Origin: Rhodobiaceae bacterium
GTDB lineage: Bacteria; Pseudomonadota; Alphaproteobacteria; Rhizobiales; Tepidamorphaceae
Direction of reading: 5' to 3'
NCBI GenBank assembly: GCA_020637855.1
Contig: JACKJR010000005.1
Span: 83,340-147,339 of the forward strand
Length of the DNA stretch: 64,000 bases
Positions 60,380 through 64,000 of this stretch are shown here, in pieces. The notes beneath the pieces are model-generated. The model had not been told where the DNA came from and searched no databases. It worked only from the letters and a program-made list of their open reading frames with translations. How positions within the stretch are numbered: position 1 is the first letter of the stretch; every line of letters starts with the position of its first letter. The position numbers and the translations under genes are program-made.

Positions 60380-61804
60380 ATGACGCGAAGCGTTTCACGG
60401 CGTGCGGTTATTGCCGGTATTGGCGCTGGCGTTGCGGCGTTCAGCCTGCCGCGGTTGCCGGTGCTGGCAGCAGCACCGGATTTCCGCTCTTTGAAAGCTG
60501 CTCCGGCAACCGCCAACCTGATTGCTGGGGGTCCCGGCTCGGGGGAAAACAACACCGCCGTTTGGGCCTATGACGGCTCGGTACCGGGTCCCTTGCTGCG
60601 CGCCCGCGTGGGCGAGCGTATGCGTGTCCGCTTCGAGAACGCACTGGAACAGGAATCCTCGATCCACTGGCACGGCATCCGAATCGACAACGCCATGGAT
60701 GGCGTTCCCGGCCTGACGCAGGACCCGGTCATGCCCGGCGGCAGCTTCGACTATGATTTCGCGCTGACCCATCCGGGTACCTATTGGTACCACCCGCATA
60801 TCCGCTCCTCCGAACAGGTCGGGCGCGGCCTGCACGGCATCCTGATCGTCGATGAGGAGACGGTGCTCGATGTCGATCAGGACATTCTGCTGGTTATCGA
60901 CGACTGGCGCATCACCGAGAATGGCCAGATCCATGACCAAAGCTTCGGCGCCCTGCATGACGCGGCCCACAGCGGACGGCTTGGCAACTGGCTGACCGTC
61001 AACGGCGCTTCGGAGCCGCATTTTAAGGTCGGTGCGGGCGAACGCATCCGTATCCGTCTCGTCAATGTGGCTAATTCCCGGATATTCCAGCTCGATGCTG
61101 CAAAGCTCGGCGCACGCGTATTTGGCGTTGATGGCCACGGGCTTGAGACGCCGGAAATACCCGTCGATCCGGTTTTGCTGGGACCTGGTCAACGCGCCGA
61201 CCTCATCTTTGATGTCGCGGCCGGCGTGGATGAAATTTCACTGGACGACGTGTCGACCGATGAACCCGTCACGGCAGCCAGGTTCACGCTTGCTCGCGAT
61301 GCCATGCCGGCCCGCAGCCGCCCCCCGCTTGATAGCCTCTCGCTGCCGCGCTTTGCGCCGGAGCCGGATATGGCGAACGCGCGCAGGATCGACTTGAAAA
61401 TGGAAGGCGGCGCCATGGGCGGGCTGGCAACCGCGATGCTTGATGGCGAGCAGATGAGCCTGCGCGATCTCGCCCAGAAGGGCTATGTCTGGGCCTTCAA
61501 CGGCAAGGTCGGGCGCATGCACGATCGTCTGTTCGAGGCAAGGCATGGCGAGACGATTGCGATTGAGTTCATCAACGAAACGGCCTGGCCGCATGCGATG
61601 CATCTGCATGGGCATCATTTCAAGGTGTTGACCCGCGATGGCGAACTGGCGCCTGACCCCGGTTTTCGAGATACAGTGCTGGTCGGACCGGAGCAGCGCG
61701 TTGGTATTGCCTTCGTCGCCGACAATGCCGGCAAGTGGATGCTGCATTGCCACATGCTGGAGCATCAGGCGTCCGGCATGACGGCCAGCTTTTCCGTCGC
61801 CTGA
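60380..61804 (+). CDS. Tat-exported three-domain multicopper oxidase
   Basis: SRRAVI twin-Arg signal, IHWHG, WYHPH, HAMHLHGHHF, HCHMLEHQASGM. Confidence 0.93.
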   Translation: MTRSVSRRAVIAGIGAGVAAFSLPRLPVLAAAPDFRSLKAAPATANLIAGGPGSGENNTAVWAYDGSVPGPLLRARVGERMRVRFENALEQESSIHWHGIRIDNAMDGVPGLTQDPVMPGGSFDYDFALTHPGTYWYHPHIRSSEQVGRGLHGILIVDEETVLDVDQDILLVIDDWRITENGQIHDQSFGALHDAAHSGRLGNWLTVNGASEPHFKVGAGERIRIRLVNVANSRIFQLDAAKLGARVFGVDGHGLETPEIPVDPVLLGPGQRADLIFDVAAGVDEISLDDVSTDEPVTAARFTLARDAMPARSRPPLDSLSLPRFAPEPDMANARRIDLKMEGGAMGGLATAMLDGEQMSLRDLAQKGYVWAFNGKVGRMHDRLFEARHGETIAIEFINETAWPHAMHLHGHHFKVLTRDGELAPDPGFRDTVLVGPEQRVGIAFVADNAGKWMLHCHMLEHQASGMTASFSVA

Positions 61805-61956
61805 GACGCATTCCTGACCGGCGCGCTTCAGTTGTTCACTTTGTGCCGGGGATCGGTTAGGTTCCCCGCCAAATTGGCTCATATCAATTGAACCAGATCA
61901 GTGCGTCCGGCTCCCGAAGGCCGGCCACTTTCCGTTAACGACCAGATCGGATACGC

Positions 61957-62175
61957 ATGTCGAAAGAAGAACTGCTCGAGTTTCCGGGCGTCGTGACCGA
62001 ACTCCTGCCCAACGCGACGTTCCGCGTGAAGCTGGAGAACGAACACGAGATCATCGCCCATACCGCCGGCCGCATGCGCAAGAATCGCATCCGCGTTCTT
62101 GCCGGCGACAAGGTGCTCGTCGAAATGACCCCCTACGATCTCACCAAGGGCCGTATCACCTACCGTTTCAAGTGA
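61957..62175 (+). CDS. infA: Translation initiation factor IF-1
   Basis: [34 protein letters not shown]. Confidence 0.98.
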   Translation: MSKEELLEFPGVVTELLPNATFRVKLENEHEIIAHTAGRMRKNRIRVLAGDKVLVEMTPYDLTKGRITYRFK

Positions 62176-62217
62176 TGCATGTATCTGCGCAAGCGCTGTC
62201 CGGGTGCTGCACTCACC

Positions 62218-62318
62218 AGAGCAATTCCAGGAAAAGTGTAAGCGGTTTTCCGTCCGGAATTGCGTAACAACAAGAATGAAGAGCATTCTCGTGATTCAGC
62301 GAAGAACGGGACTGGTCT
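62218..62318 (+). repeat. Intergenic palindromic repeat, copy 3 (long two-hairpin form)
   Basis: 48 nt identical to copy 2, then an A-rich linker and a second imperfect hairpin AGAGCATTCTCGT...ACGGGACTGGTCT. Confidence 0.9.
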
Positions 62319-62345
62319 GAAACAGGAAAATACGGTCGGCAAGTC

Positions 62346-62972
62346 ATGAGCGGACGGCCCAAACTGATACTCGCAAGCGCTTCGCCCCGCAGATTGGCGC
62401 TCCTTCAGCAGATCGGCATCGACCCCGATTTCCTGCGCCCCACCACCGTGGACGAGGCGCCGGAAAAAGGCGAGCTGCCGCGCACGCTGGCACGCCGCCT
62501 GGCGCGCACCAAGTGCGAGGTCGCGTTGCGCGCCATTGGCCGCGAGCCCGAACTTGAGGGCAGTCTCGTGCTGTCGGCGGATACCGTCGTTGCCGTCGGC
62601 CGCCGCATTCTGCCCAAGGCGGAAACGCTGGAAGAGGCGAGCGCCTGTCTGCGCCTTCTCTCGGGGCGCTCGCACCGCGTCTACACCGCCATCTGCGCCG
62701 GCTATTCCAGCAGCCGGGTGCGTGAACGCATTACCGAGACGCGCGTGCGTTTCAAGCGCCTGTCGCGCGAGGAGATCGATACCTATCTCGGCTCCGGCGA
62801 GTGGCGCGGCAAAGCCGGCGGTTATGCCATCCAGGGTATCGCCGGCAGCTTTGTCCTCAAGCTGGCCGGTTCGTATACATCAGTTGTCGGTCTGCCATTG
62901 AATGAGGCTTCGGCATTGCTGGAGGGTGCGGGCTATCCCGTCCGGCTGGCGTGGTCTTCAGTGGCCGTCTAA
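62346..62972 (+). CDS. maf: Maf-family nucleoside triphosphate pyrophosphatase
   Basis: [34 protein letters not shown]. Confidence 0.92.
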   Translation: MSGRPKLILASASPRRLALLQQIGIDPDFLRPTTVDEAPEKGELPRTLARRLARTKCEVALRAIGREPELEGSLVLSADTVVAVGRRILPKAETLEEASACLRLLSGRSHRVYTAICAGYSSSRVRERITETRVRFKRLSREEIDTYLGSGEWRGKAGGYAIQGIAGSFVLKLAGSYTSVVGLPLNEASALLEGAGYPVRLAWSSVAV

Positions 62973-62988
62973 CGGGGGAATACACGCC

Positions 62989-64000
62989 ATGGACATGACG
63001 CGTTGGCTGATCCGAGCGGCAGGAACCTGTCCGGACTGGCCTGCAGTGGCTCATGGCACGGCGGTCTTTCAGGATTTTGGCACGCTTGCAAACCGTGCCG
63101 CACGGTTCGCCGGCGGGTTGATCGCTGCCGGTCTGAAGCCTGGCGATCGCGTCATGATCGCGGCTGCAAACTGTCCGCAATATCTCGAGATGCTCTATGG
63201 CGTCTGGTGGGCCGGCTGTGCCGCCGTGCCTGCCAACGCCAAGCTGCATGGCGCGGAACTCGCTTTCATGATCGCCAATTCCGGCACGCGTGTCTGTTTC
63301 GCTGATGCAAAGCTCGCCGGCGCGATTGCCGCGGAATCCCCCGAAGGTCTGGAGCGCCTCATCGTTGTGGGCACTCCGGACTACGATGTCCTGTTCGCTG
63401 CCGATCCCGTCGGGGCGCATTTGGCGGGACCCGACGAAATGGCCTGGCTGTTCTATACATCCGGCACCACGGGGCGGCCCAAGGGCGCGATGCTGTCGCA
63501 CCGAAACCTGCTGGCGATGACGCTTGCCTACCTGAGCGATGTCGATACGACAGGTCCCGGCGACCGCATCCTGCATGCCGCACCCATGAGCCACGGCTCC
63601 GGCCTCTATCTCATGGCCCATGTCGCGCGCTTCGGCGTCAATATCGTGCCGGAATCCGGGGGCTTCGAACCCGATGAGATCGCGCAGCTGACCCGCCACT
63701 GGCGGCGCACGTCGATGTTTGCCGCCCCGACCATGATCAAGCGTATGGTCGCCTCCGATGCGGTCATCGAGCCCGAATCCCTGCGCACCATCATCTGGGG
63801 TGGCGCGCCAATGTATGTCAGCGACGTCAAGCAGGCGCTCGACCGCTTCGGCCCGGTCTTCGCCCAGATTTACGGTCAGGGCGAAACACCGATGACGACC
63901 ACTGTCTTGCCGAAACACATCATCGCCGACCGCAGCCATCCTCGCTGGGAGGAGCGCATTGGTTCCGCCGGTCACGTCAATCCGGTCGTTTCGGTGCAAG
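62989..64000 (+). CDS. AMP-dependent acyl-CoA synthetase, 3' end beyond the window (absent from the ORF track)
   Basis: Manual translation MDMTRWLIRAAG...GLKPGDRV...LFYTSGTTGRPKGA...YGQGE; RBS GGGGGA. Confidence 0.88.
   Translation, partial: MDMTRWLIRAAGTCPDWPAVAHGTAVFQDFGTLANRAARFAGGLIAAGLKPGDRVMIAAANCPQYLEMLYGVWWAGCAAVPANAKLHGAELAFMIANSGTRVCFADAKLAGAIAAESPEGLERLIVVGTPDYDVLFAADPVGAHLAGPDEMAWLFYTSGTTGRPKGAMLSHRNLLAMTLAYLSDVDTTGPGDRILHAAPMSHGSGLYLMAHVARFGVNIVPESGGFEPDEIAQLTRHWRRTSMFAAPTMIKRMVASDAVIEPESLRTIIWGGAPMYVSDVKQALDRFGPVFAQIYGQGETPMTTTVLPKHIIADRSHPRWEERIGSAGHVNPVVSVQ

Noticed and set aside
61879-62286. 135-aa minus-strand ORF over infA
   Set aside because: It starts inside the repeat element and runs antisense to infA; spurious.

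Overview
High-GC, gene-dense chromosomal window from an alphaproteobacterium; gene content and order point to Hyphomicrobiales/Rhizobiales (inference). It is almost all core and metabolic DNA: I see no transposase, integrase, prophage or CRISPR array. In order, it holds: a GFA-family gene, amtB-glnK, an APC permease, the four-gene ligase/exonuclease/Lhr-helicase/PdeM DNA-repair cluster (split by an antisense DUF938 gene), TauE and TIGR02186 genes, and podJ. Next come a LiuR-type regulator with a beta-oxidation operon and an extended CrbS/CrbR-type carboxylate (probably acetate) sensing and uptake module. That module includes a DEDDh-exonuclease-CBS-DUF294 nucleotidyltransferase fusion and several uncharacterised small membrane proteins. 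Then follow mscL, an aminotransferase, a complete microoxic cluster (fixLJ, fixT-like, fixK, hemN, AbrB-family, ccoNOQP, ccoGHIS, hemA), a three-gene islet beside tRNA-Thr(GGT), and the murA-to-maf locus, which lacks hisD and carries a CueR-box-controlled cytochrome c'/multicopper oxidase pair. Three copies of a roughly 50-100 bp palindromic intergenic repeat are present. The best candidates for under-described biology are the Exo-CBS-DUF294 'writer/eraser' protein with its CrbS/R neighbourhood, and the copper-regulated His1-cytochrome c'/oxidase pair. All family calls come from motif recognition by eye; no database search was run.
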